From: an uncultured Myxococcales bacterium
Lineage (GTDB): Bacteria > Myxococcota_A > UBA9042 > CAIXZC01
Direction of reading: 5' to 3'
Assembly: GCA_964593355.1 (NCBI GenBank)
Contig: CAZQHM010000014.1
Span: 1,269-65,268, forward strand
Length of the DNA stretch: 64,000 bases
Shown: one piece after another, positions 1 through 9,089 of the stretch
Layout: each line of letters begins with the position of its first letter
Position numbering within the stretch: the stretch's first letter is position 1
Translations under genes and position numbers: made by a program
The notes under the pieces: model-generated
The model's database searches: none
What the model was told of the DNA's origin: nothing
The model's input: only the letters and a program-made list of their open reading frames with translations

Positions 1-1595
1 TGGAGAATTTTGCGCACGATAGCGGCCTCGGAGGGATCTTGGAGAAGGTCGACCAGGGATGGGTCGAACTGTGTGGAGAGGGCCCCCTTGCGGATGAGGG
101 AGCGTGTACGGGCGTAGTTGTAAAGGCAGTACGGGCCTGTCTGTCCGTTGAAATCGATTGAGGCCGAGGGGTTGTACTCGAAGCTCTTCTTGGGGGTGAA
201 CTTGAAGACGAAGAACTTGAGGGCCGCCTGGGCGATGCGTTCGGCTCTCAGGGCCAGCTCTTGCGTGGAGAGGCCCTCGTGGTGAGTGCCGCCGCCCGAG
301 ACTCTGGCCGAGAGCTCCTGGCGTGCCATTTCGTGCAGTTCGTCCATGAGGTCGTCGGCGTCAACGACCTTGCCTTCTCTACTCTTCATTCGTCCTTCGG
401 GGAGGCGGACCATGCCGTAGGAGAGGTGGTTGCAACGGGAGCCAACGCCGGGCCTGAGGCGGTCCATAATCCCGAACAGCACTTGGAAGTGGTAGAGTTG
501 CTCATCTCCAACGACGTAGAGAATCTGGTCCGGCGTCCAGGTATCGTATCGCTGCAGAGCCGTCCCGAGGTCTTGGGTCATATAGACGCTGGTGCCGTCG
601 GGTCTCAGCAGCACCTTCTCACCTTCGAGGCCCAGGCGCTCAAGGGGGAAGACAACGGCGCCATCCTCCCTAGTGCGTAGGATGCCCTTGGCCAGCCCCT
701 CCTGGACCAGGGCCTTGCCGGCCTGGTAGGTCTGGCTTTCGTACTGCATCTGGTCAAAGGTGCAGCCCATTCGTTTGTAGGTTACGTCGAAGCCTTCGTA
801 GACCCAGGAGTTCATGGTTGCCCAGAGGCTTCTGGTGTCGGGGTCGCCGCTCTCCCAGAGCAGCAGCAGTTCTCGGGCCTCGGCGCCAAGTTTCGAGGGC
901 CCGTTGAAGAAGGACTCCTCCTCCATGGCCCCGTTAGCCTCGACCCATGCTTTGTACTCTGCCCTCAGCGCATTCTCAAACCTTACATAAAGGCTGCCTA
1001 CATAGTGATCACCCTTTATATTTAGCGATGTGGGAGTTTGCCCCTCGCCCCACTTCTTGTAGGCAATCATCGTCTTGCATATATGGATTCCGCGGTCATT
1101 AATCAAGTTGACCCGAATCATCTCGTGGCCGAAGTAGCTCAGAATATTGCTTATTCCCAGGCCAAGCAGATTGTTTCTGATGTGTCCAAGGTGCAGTGGC
1201 TTGTTGGTGTTGGGTGAGCTGTATTCGAGCAGGTAGCGGCGGGCCTGTGAGGCCGCACCGCGGGAGGCGAACTGGTCTCCCTCCTGGAGGACGCAGGCAA
1301 GCACTCTCCGGGAGAGTTCGAGCTCGTCCAGGAAGAGGTTAACGTAGCCACCCACGGGCAGCACCTTGCGGACAAGGGACTCTATGGGGATGTGCGATGC
1401 GACCTCGTTAGCAATCAGTTGGGGCGCTTTGCGAAGTGTCTTAGCGAAGGACATCACGGGGAATCCCAGGTGTCCCATCTCGGGGTTAGGGGGCTCGACC
1501 ATCTCTACGGGTTCGTTTATGCCCACTGCTGCCAGAGCTTCGGCGATGACGGTGCGCAGCTCGTTCCATATGTCATGAATTCGTTCCTGGGCCAT
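1..1595 (-). CDS. argS: Arginine--tRNA ligase (class I), truncated at left window edge
   Basis: Absent from the ORF track because it runs off the edge. Manual translation from ATG at 1595 (purine-rich RBS upstream): MAQERIHDIWNELRT...HIGH motif TNKPLHLGHIRNNLLG, NDRGIHICKTM, KVLLRPDGTSVYMTQDLG, GQTGPYCLYNYARTRS. Confidence 0.95.
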   Translation of the reverse strand, partial: MAQERIHDIWNELRTVIAEALAAVGINEPVEMVEPPNPEMGHLGFPVMSFAKTLRKAPQLIANEVASHIPIESLVRKVLPVGGYVNLFLDELELSRRVLACVLQEGDQFASRGAASQARRYLLEYSSPNTNKPLHLGHIRNNLLGLGISNILSYFGHEMIRVNLINDRGIHICKTMIAYKKWGEGQTPTSLNIKGDHYVGSLYVRFENALRAEYKAWVEANGAMEEESFFNGPSKLGAEARELLLLWESGDPDTRSLWATMNSWVYEGFDVTYKRMGCTFDQMQYESQTYQAGKALVQEGLAKGILRTREDGAVVFPLERLGLEGEKVLLRPDGTSVYMTQDLGTALQRYDTWTPDQILYVVGDEQLYHFQVLFGIMDRLRPGVGSRCNHLSYGMVRLPEGRMKSREGKVVDADDLMDELHEMARQELSARVSGGGTHHEGLSTQELALRAERIAQAALKFFVFKFTPKKSFEYNPSASIDFNGQTGPYCLYNYARTRSLIRKGALSTQFDPSLVDLLQDPSEAAIVRKIL

Positions 1596-1746
1596 TTCCT
1601 CTTCCTCCATCCCTGCCTCAGCAAGGCAGCGCAGCATAGCAGGCGGGCTCGTGGGAGACAAGGAACTTGACTTATGTGCAGGAAAGGTTAGAGCATAAAA
1701 GATTGTGCTGCAGGCTCAGGGGGCAGCACTTCAAGGGGAGGGTGCA

Positions 1747-4623
1747 ATGTCGGGCAGGTTTCGGGCCTCAGTCAGGAAGCGTGTGGTGGGCATGCGGGAC
1801 TGGCTCAGCTTCAGCAACTCAGTCCGTGAACTCGTTGACGCGCTGAATCGTGAGATCGAGTCTCCTGACAAGCTGCGACATAGATTGCAGTCCCACCCCT
1901 CCGGATTCATTCGGGCCATCACCTGGCGCCGTCTGACCATGGCCGAGGCCTACCTGAAGCTGGTCGCTTCCAAAGGTGCTGCCAACTATGAAGAGCGACT
2001 GGATGCTCTCACCGTGCTCATGCACCAGGCGTGGCACGCCAAGACCCTCTCCATGCCTATCAATACGGCCCGTTGCCAGATAGCACTTATGAAGGAGTGT
2101 GTGCAGTCGCAAGGAGAGCTTCGGCGTCAGTTGGAGCTCATGTCGGACTTCACCAGGGCATCCTATGGTCAAGAGACCGTTATCAGGCGCCTGCTGCGGG
2201 AGCTTGACCTGATAGAGGTGCCCGAGGAGGGCAAGCCGCTGAAGGATTTGGGCCTGGGTTTCGACGACCATGTTCACGACATGATGTCGCAGGGGACCAA
2301 GACTCCAAGCCAACTCTGCGTCGACGCGTTTATCAAGGGCATGAGCCGATTGACGGTGGCCTACTACGACTTGGAAGACCCTCGAATGTACACCGAGGCG
2401 CTGGAGGCGGGCAGGATCCTCGGCATTCAGGTAGAAATCGGGCTGGAGTTCTCTGTGGGGGAACGAGGCAAGCGGCTGCATTTCATGTATGTTCCCCCTC
2501 AGGACGGTTCTGCCAGCTCCATAAGCTCTTTGGTGGAGCGCAACGCCGACCTCTTCAAACCCTTTGTCGACGGACTGGCACACAATGCTCGTGGGCGCCA
2601 CCAGGCCATATGCGCCCTGCTTGATGTCTTCAATTCGTCGCACCTTCCTGAACTCAACTCACGGTTCAGAAACGCCCAGTTCTTGCGCATCAAGCCTCTG
2701 ACTTGGGCCGATGTGGAAGAGACCATCCATGGTGGACAGGCCTCGCATATTCACCTGGGGCAGCTTCTTGCGGAGCGGTTGAAGCCTATCTTCCATAAGC
2801 GGGTGCTCTATCTCAAAAACCAGTACGAGCACTCCAGAAACCGACTCCTGCGTGGCGAGGTGTCGAGTTGGGAAGTTGAGAGCATCCACAGCGAGTATCT
2901 CAAGGCCCGAGACGACTACGAGCACTGCCGCCCTGAGACCATGACCGAGCGTTACGTCACCCCATCCAGGCGACTTGCGGATTACGACTCGGCCTTTCCC
3001 AGTCTCGATGTCGTAGAGCCCCTTATGACCCAGGTTGGGGGCCGCCTGGTCTTCATTCATCCCCTCTCCCAGGGCCCCAAGAGGGCCGTGAACAAGCTGC
3101 TGCGAGCCCATCACCTCATCACCGACATCGAAACCTTCAATATGTCGGACTCGCTCTTCCGAGACCCTGCGGACCTCAGGCGCCTTAATCACCTGGTTGA
3201 GCTCATGAACAGGGGCGATGAGAAGGAGGTGCGACGCCTTCTGGCTGACTGGGGCCTGCCCGACATCGACGTTGCCCAGGTGGGCCGTGCAGTCTCCCAC
3301 TACCGAGTCAGCAATCTGCGCCCAAGGTGCGGCAGTGACTACATAGGCAGCATCGCATCATTGCCTGGCATGGGGTTCATAGACTCCAGGGCCATTCCAA
3401 AGAGGGCATTGAAGCAACTGGAATCCCACGGCCACGCCTCCATACCGGTTCCAGTGGCGAAACTGCTGCTGCAAGGCGGAGACCCCGACGCCGAGGTGGA
3501 AGCCGAGGGGCAGGTGGTCGCCCTCTCAATCCCCAAGGTGCCCAAGCCGAACCCTGTGGGCGATGAAGTAGGAGGCACCAGCATCGGGCCCATGAGGTTC
3601 TGGCGCTTCCTCAACCCAAGCCTAAAGGGCCTGCTCAAGACCATGATTGCCTACACACCGGCCTTCTTCGTAGTGGGCCCGTGGTACGCCGCATTATGGA
3701 TTGGTATCACCGGCTTCAGGAACCTCCTGGCAGACCTCATCTCGGCATCGGGCTTCATGCTCAAAGCCTGGCGTTGGGACAACGTAGACAAAGAGAACCT
3801 TGCCAACTCCATGTTCTGGACCGGGTTCTCGGTGCCCATTCTGGGCGGGGCAAAGGCCGGATTTGACTACTTGTGGCCACATATCTCCGGTGATGCAACG
3901 GGTTTTGTCTATACGCTCGTTCAATTTTGGGTTATTGCATTTGCAAATGGTCTATATATTACATCGCATAATAGGATAAGGGGATTCGACCGGAGAGTGA
4001 TAAGAGCGAACTTTTTCAGGACCGTACTTTCTTGGCCCCTGGCCACGGCAGGTTCATACTTGCTCAACCTCCTTATGATACCACCCATCGTGCAGTCAAA
4101 GATATGGTCCGACACCGTTGCCGGGATCATCGAAGGCACAGGGAAGTTCATGAGCCGAATGCGTCTGAGGCAGAGGGACTTCCTTGAGCTCTTCACCAAT
4201 CTTCTGTCGGCCGACCGCGACGGAAGCGTGGTGGCGACATCGGACATCATGTATGTCTGGGCCCGACGGGACAGGGGAAGAAGCGCATTGGCCAACCTGC
4301 TAAAAGGCCGGATTCCACCCTCCGTGAACGTTCCTGCCAGCAGCGAATACACGGCTCATGAAGTGGTTGTCGATTCACACCAACTCTTGCTTCGCACTCT
4401 TGGTGCCGAGGGAAGCATGGAGATGCTGACATCCAAGGTGCTCAGGAACTACAGTGGCAGAGAGGCTGTGATTCTGACGCAGTTCATCGGCGACATGCAC
4501 GAACCCTTCGAGGCCTGGCTGGAGCGTCACCCACCATCGGAGCGGCTTGTGAAAACCGTTGAGCAGCAGAGAAGAGAGCGACAGCAAGTCTCGGAAGAAG
4601 GGGCGACCGCTGCAGCTAGTTAG
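1747..4623 (+). CDS. Large hypothetical protein: N-terminal helical region, degenerate PHP-like domain, C-terminal multi-pass membrane region
   Basis: Long ORF (track 1705..4623; ATG at 1747 preferred). PHP-like motifs DHVHD, GLEF, FIHP, IETFN, CGSDY; hydrophobic segments in the C-terminal third. Confidence 0.7.
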   Translation: MSGRFRASVRKRVVGMRDWLSFSNSVRELVDALNREIESPDKLRHRLQSHPSGFIRAITWRRLTMAEAYLKLVASKGAANYEERLDALTVLMHQAWHAKTLSMPINTARCQIALMKECVQSQGELRRQLELMSDFTRASYGQETVIRRLLRELDLIEVPEEGKPLKDLGLGFDDHVHDMMSQGTKTPSQLCVDAFIKGMSRLTVAYYDLEDPRMYTEALEAGRILGIQVEIGLEFSVGERGKRLHFMYVPPQDGSASSISSLVERNADLFKPFVDGLAHNARGRHQAICALLDVFNSSHLPELNSRFRNAQFLRIKPLTWADVEETIHGGQASHIHLGQLLAERLKPIFHKRVLYLKNQYEHSRNRLLRGEVSSWEVESIHSEYLKARDDYEHCRPETMTERYVTPSRRLADYDSAFPSLDVVEPLMTQVGGRLVFIHPLSQGPKRAVNKLLRAHHLITDIETFNMSDSLFRDPADLRRLNHLVELMNRGDEKEVRRLLADWGLPDIDVAQVGRAVSHYRVSNLRPRCGSDYIGSIASLPGMGFIDSRAIPKRALKQLESHGHASIPVPVAKLLLQGGDPDAEVEAEGQVVALSIPKVPKPNPVGDEVGGTSIGPMRFWRFLNPSLKGLLKTMIAYTPAFFVVGPWYAALWIGITGFRNLLADLISASGFMLKAWRWDNVDKENLANSMFWTGFSVPILGGAKAGFDYLWPHISGDATGFVYTLVQFWVIAFANGLYITSHNRIRGFDRRVIRANFFRTVLSWPLATAGSYLLNLLMIPPIVQSKIWSDTVAGIIEGTGKFMSRMRLRQRDFLELFTNLLSADRDGSVVATSDIMYVWARRDRGRSALANLLKGRIPPSVNVPASSEYTAHEVVVDSHQLLLRTLGAEGSMEMLTSKVLRNYSGREAVILTQFIGDMHEPFEAWLERHPPSERLVKTVEQQRRERQQVSEEGATAAAS

Positions 4624-4634
4624 AAGGCCCAACC

Positions 4635-4668
4635 CCGGCCCGTTCGGAAGGCCGGCCCCCTCGTTTTT
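4635..4668. terminator. Possible intrinsic terminator between convergent genes
   Basis: CCGGCC-N9-GGCCGG stem (4635-4655) followed shortly by a T-run, between the stops of the PHP-like gene and the HAD gene. Confidence 0.35.
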
Positions 4669-4684
4669 CCGGCCAACAGCCTAC

Positions 4685-5365
4685 CTATTCATGGTCCAGC
4701 AGCGCCCTGACCGTCTCGGGGCTGACGCCCTCCAGCGTAGTCCAGACCGCCACGGCCATTGAAAAATCGTGGGCCGCCGTGAACTTGTGCGGCACGGCGA
4801 CGCAGCGGATTCCGGCGCTCACAGCCGCCTGGACTCCGGGCCCGGCGTCTTCAAAGGCCACACACCTTCCCACGGGGATCCCAAGCCTTTGTGCCGCAAG
4901 AAGATAGAGGTCCGGGGCTGGCTTCGTGCGCTGCACATCATCGGCCGTGACAACGTGCTCCATATATTCGAAGAGCCCCACCGAGCGCAGCGATGCACGA
5001 ACGTCATCACCCACAGAAGAGGAGGCCACGGCCATGGGCACCCCCTCTGCGGCAAGCCTCTTCACAAGCTGCACCGCACCCGGGCGGGGTTGCAGTCTGC
5101 TCCATATAAGCTCACTATATGCCCTATTCTTTGCTGCCATTAACTCATCTAAAGATTGTAGAATACCGTACTGATCTTTAATGTCCCGGAAATTCTGGAT
5201 GGTAGCGATTCCAACCAGCCCCTCGAAGACCTCATCGGAGAGCCTGATGCCCAGCGGCTCCAGAGCGATGTTGAACGACTCGGCCTGCAAGGGCTCGCTG
5301 TCCACCAGCAGCCCGTCAAGGTCGAAGATGACACCGAATTGATTCGCGGCCATTTTCATGTCCAT
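4685..5365 (-). CDS. HAD-superfamily phosphatase (beta-phosphoglucomutase/CbbY-like)
   Basis: Motif I FDLDGLLVDSE, motif II ASSS, KPAPD, motif IV FEDAGPG. Confidence 0.9.
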   Translation of the reverse strand: MDMKMAANQFGVIFDLDGLLVDSEPLQAESFNIALEPLGIRLSDEVFEGLVGIATIQNFRDIKDQYGILQSLDELMAAKNRAYSELIWSRLQPRPGAVQLVKRLAAEGVPMAVASSSVGDDVRASLRSVGLFEYMEHVVTADDVQRTKPAPDLYLLAAQRLGIPVGRCVAFEDAGPGVQAAVSAGIRCVAVPHKFTAAHDFSMAVAVWTTLEGVSPETVRALLDHE

Positions 5366-5398
5366 CCTGCTATTGGGAACGGTAGTGCGGTGGGGCGA

Positions 5399-6796
5399 CT
5401 ATCTGTGAATCGAGTGGAAGAACTCTTCAACCTCGGGAATGCCCCCCTGGTAGATGAGGTAGCCATCGATGGGCTCTCGCTCCGTAAGCTCACCGCTCAC
5501 GGGGGTCAACATGATGCGCTGGACCTCTTCCCGGTCGTGGCTGTGGCCAAGGGCCCAGCAGAGCTTCATGTAGGCGGTCTCCGGGAGCATGTTGCCAGCC
5601 GGCACAACGCCAAGGTCCATGATCTCACGCCCGGTCTCGTAGACGTACATCTGAACATAGCCCCAGAGCGTCTGCACCGTCATGTACATGTGCACGCCAG
5701 CATCCGTGGCCCGCTGCAGAGCCTGATAGAGCGGTCGATTCACGTGGCCCAGGCCTGTCCCTGCGATTATTATGCCCTTGTATCCCTTATCTACCAGGGC
5801 GTCAAATATGTCAGGATTCATGCCAGGGTAATAGTACTGAATTGTAACACGATCGTCGAACACTGGATCAATTATGACATCCTTGTCCTCTCGCCTGTGT
5901 TTGTAATCCTCTCTGAAGGTGGTGACCCCCTTTGGAGTAACCATGCCCAGCGGGATGTCGCCCACGGTGCGGAAGGTGGATCGGTACGAAGAGTGCATCT
6001 TGCGCACCCGGGTACCACGGTGGATGAGGCAGTACTCGTCCGACGTGGGACCAAACATTGAGACCACCACCTCGGCTATGTCGCTGGTAGCCGCAATGGT
6101 GGCAGCATTAATCAGGTTCAAAGCAGCGTCGGAGCTGGGCCGGTCAGATGAGCGCTGACTGCCAACCATCACGATGGGAATGGGCGAATTCTGGACCATG
6201 AACGAGAGCACCGCTGCGGTGTGGCTCATAGTATCGGTGCCATGGCCCACCACGATGCCACGCTTGCCGTCGGCAACGGCTTGGCCGATTGCAAGCGCCA
6301 GTCCGATGTACTGCTCCTTTGCCATATTTTCAGAAAAGACACCGTAGAGCTTCTTGGTTTCAAGATTACAAACGTCTGCCAGCTCTGGCACGGAGCCGTA
6401 GAGTTCGCCCGGAGAGAATGCCGGAATCACGGCCCCGGTCCGGTAGTCCAGTCGGCTTGCGATGGTTCCGCCCGTGCCCAGCAGTATAACGTTGGGCTTG
6501 TCGGGAGAGTAGGGGAACTCCTTCTCGGGGATCTTGTAGTTGGCTTCCCTGTAGCCGCACGCAGTGATGTTCTCGATGGTGGAGTAGTGCAGGCCGACGT
6601 TGTAGCCGGAGTCCATTTTCAGCACCAGGTGGAAGGCATCGGCGGTCTCGGACCTGGGCAGGATGATGCCCCTGAAAGAGCCCTCGGTGGTCTTCACATC
6701 CACATCGAACCAGACGCCCACGTCGAAGCGCAGCATGACCTCCAGGGTTGGTCCCCGGTAACCCTTACATTTTGCATTTGTGCCAGCCGTGATCAT
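5399..6796 (-). CDS. gatD: Glu-tRNA(Gln) amidotransferase subunit D (archaeal-type)
   Basis: GatD-type N-terminal domain (GYRG...GIILPRSE...HLVLKMDSGYNVG) plus asparaginase-fold catalytic motifs GTGGTIAS, HGTDT, RKMHSS. Start ATG at 6796 overlaps the gatE stop (TAATG). Confidence 0.92.
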   Translation of the reverse strand: MITAGTNAKCKGYRGPTLEVMLRFDVGVWFDVDVKTTEGSFRGIILPRSETADAFHLVLKMDSGYNVGLHYSTIENITACGYREANYKIPEKEFPYSPDKPNVILLGTGGTIASRLDYRTGAVIPAFSPGELYGSVPELADVCNLETKKLYGVFSENMAKEQYIGLALAIGQAVADGKRGIVVGHGTDTMSHTAAVLSFMVQNSPIPIVMVGSQRSSDRPSSDAALNLINAATIAATSDIAEVVVSMFGPTSDEYCLIHRGTRVRKMHSSYRSTFRTVGDIPLGMVTPKGVTTFREDYKHRREDKDVIIDPVFDDRVTIQYYYPGMNPDIFDALVDKGYKGIIIAGTGLGHVNRPLYQALQRATDAGVHMYMTVQTLWGYVQMYVYETGREIMDLGVVPAGNMLPETAYMKLCWALGHSHDREEVQRIMLTPVSGELTEREPIDGYLIYQGGIPEVEEFFHSIHR

Positions 6797-8742
6797 TACT
6801 TCCCTCCATCCTGCATGAACGCCCTGACTATCTCGCCAACGGCAGCGCCTCTGACCCTGCCTCGGTAGGGGGGAGCGACCCTGCCCATGAGAATGGTGTA
6901 CTCTTTGCGGAGGTCTCCGCCTCGACGCCATTCTGGTTCGGGGATGGCCCGAAGCTGGTCGGTGACAACCTGAGCAAGAGGCGGCTGGGCAGGCACCACG
7001 GGGAACAACTCGTCCACCAGGGCAGTGAGGTCTGCGTCGGGCTTCTTGGCCAACGCAGCAATGAGCACCGGGAAGGCCGAAGAGGTGATCCGTGCCTCAG
7101 CCAGAAGCTGGAACAGGCCCAGCATTGTGCCATCGGAGACCCTCTCCACGCCCACGCGCTTCCTCCGGAGGTGGCGCACGGTCTGCCCCATGATTCTGGC
7201 CACCACGCAGCCATCCAGTCCAGGGATGTCCAGAGCCTGGTCAAACACCTTCCGCCTCGGGTCCAGCAGCATGGAGTGGGCAAGATCCAGCGGTACGTTT
7301 CTGGAGCGGTACTTCTCCACGGACTCCCACGGGGGCGTGGGCAACTGGGCCCTTATTCGCTCTACCCGCTCGGGGGCCAGAGCAATGGGTGGCAGGTCGG
7401 TGTCGGGATACATCCTGTTGGGGCCGGGGAGAATGCGCTCGAAGACCGTCGAGCCATCCTTCAGCGCCTTTCTTGTCTCCGAGGGTACACCAAGCAGCGC
7501 CTCTCTGGCCCTGTCGGCAATCTCGTCGGCCGCCAGGCGTACATCCCGCGGCTGTCCCCAGACCAGCACCACGGTGTCCTCTTCAGTGGCCCCTACCTCA
7601 CGATTCACACGCTCCCAGAGGCGGAACGCCAGAGTCACGTTGGGGCAGTCGCTCCAGATTATGTTCGGCATTGCATCGATACAGGCTACCACCTTAACAC
7701 GCCCGGAGAACTCCCGAGCAAAGGTTGCCTCGGGCGCCGTCTCCACGTTGAGCACGTTGCGGAACCCGGGAAGGCGCACGGCCATCACGGGCAAGCCCAA
7801 CTCAACGGCACTACGCACTGGACCAAAGTGGGTTTGCTTCACCACGGAGCTGACTTCGTGGATGGTAGGTTTGAAGGTCTCAGGCGTCACTCCCCTTGAC
7901 AGGAGGCCGTCTCTGATGTCCAGCAGCGCCCTTTGACGCAGCGCTTCATAGTGCGTCAAAGCAACGAAAGTGGGAATCCTGGGGACGCCCTTAATCTCCA
8001 CCCGGGTGCCTCCGGTTACGCTCACGTTCACGTCCTGTCTCGCCGCACCGATGCCCGTGCGCACCTTGCCGGTACACCGGGTCAGCGCCCGAATCACCTG
8101 CCCCACCGCCGCTGCTTCTTCGGGGGTGCGAATCTCCGCCTCGGTTACCGTCTCGATGAGCGGAATGGAGAGCCGGTCGGTGATGTAGGTCCTGTTGTGG
8201 CCCACGTCGGAGACCTCTCTACACGAGTCCTCTTCAAGGCCAAGCTGCCTTATGCCAATCTTTCGCCCCCGGAATGGTATCCATCCGTTGACGCCAAGAA
8301 TCGTGGTGCGCTGAAACCCCGTGGGCATCGAGCCATCCAGGTACTGCTTCCTGGCAATATGAACCTCCTGAACCATGTTGAGGTTCAGCAGCATCGAGAC
8401 CTCAAGGGCTATGTCCAGCGCCTCTGGGTTGAGCCGGAACGGAGGCGTGTCGTCCATCTCATATGTGCAGACCGTATCCCGGTTAATCCGGCACGTGATC
8501 TCCTTCTTCGTCTTGAACTCCATGAGCGCCGTAGGATCGTACTCGCCCAATTCAGAGAGGGTAGGCCGCATGTGCCGCAGGATCTCGGCGTCGTAGGCAT
8601 CGGAGTAGGTGGTGTTGGGGCAGTGGCAGAATAGCTTCTTCTTTGTCCGAAGCTGCTGGTGCACCTCTAGCCCGCACTTGAACCCGAGACTGGCGTAGTC
8701 GCGGGGCGTCATTTGCTCTGGGGTTTTCACAAGTTCCTCCAT
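6796..8742 (-). CDS. gatE: Glu-tRNA(Gln) amidotransferase subunit E (archaeal-type)
   Basis: CGLEVHQQL, RPTLSELGE, RKQYLDGSMPTGFQRT, LEEDSCRE, DRLSIPLIE, GIGAARQDVNVS, RVEIKGV, plus a GAD-like (AspRS-type) insertion that GatB lacks. Start trimmed to MEELVKTPEQ at 8742. Confidence 0.93.
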   Translation of the reverse strand: MEELVKTPEQMTPRDYASLGFKCGLEVHQQLRTKKKLFCHCPNTTYSDAYDAEILRHMRPTLSELGEYDPTALMEFKTKKEITCRINRDTVCTYEMDDTPPFRLNPEALDIALEVSMLLNLNMVQEVHIARKQYLDGSMPTGFQRTTILGVNGWIPFRGRKIGIRQLGLEEDSCREVSDVGHNRTYITDRLSIPLIETVTEAEIRTPEEAAAVGQVIRALTRCTGKVRTGIGAARQDVNVSVTGGTRVEIKGVPRIPTFVALTHYEALRQRALLDIRDGLLSRGVTPETFKPTIHEVSSVVKQTHFGPVRSAVELGLPVMAVRLPGFRNVLNVETAPEATFAREFSGRVKVVACIDAMPNIIWSDCPNVTLAFRLWERVNREVGATEEDTVVLVWGQPRDVRLAADEIADRAREALLGVPSETRKALKDGSTVFERILPGPNRMYPDTDLPPIALAPERVERIRAQLPTPPWESVEKYRSRNVPLDLAHSMLLDPRRKVFDQALDIPGLDGCVVARIMGQTVRHLRRKRVGVERVSDGTMLGLFQLLAEARITSSAFPVLIAALAKKPDADLTALVDELFPVVPAQPPLAQVVTDQLRAIPEPEWRRGGDLRKEYTILMGRVAPPYRGRVRGAAVGEIVRAFMQDGGK

Positions 8743-9089
8743 GCGGATGTAAGGTGGACCCAACCCGGTCCTCAACCCGCAATTCCGGGAGAACCTAGCA
8801 CATGAAGGGGGCCTCCCGTCAAGGAGAGTTAATGGGATTTCGCGCACCGTGGCTCATGCCCCCCTCCGTGACCGCTTCTTATGCTGCCTCTTCAACAATT
8901 AGTAATGGTAAAGTTGTAATGAGAATGGGGCGGCCCTTTGGGCCATCGCCGGCGCCCAACCGAGGCCGATTTAGGCCCTTCCACAGCTGTTAGTCGATTG
9001 CATCGAGGTTACTCAGCGGTTAGAATCCGTCGTCCGCAAAGGGGACCGGTGCCGCACGGGTACGGCATGTAGTTCACCGGAGCAACGCA

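Noticed and set aside
5399-8742. Ordinary L-asparaginase plus GatB
   Set aside because: The GatD-type N-terminal domain, the GAD-like insertion and translational coupling fit GatDE; no gatA/gatC adjacent.
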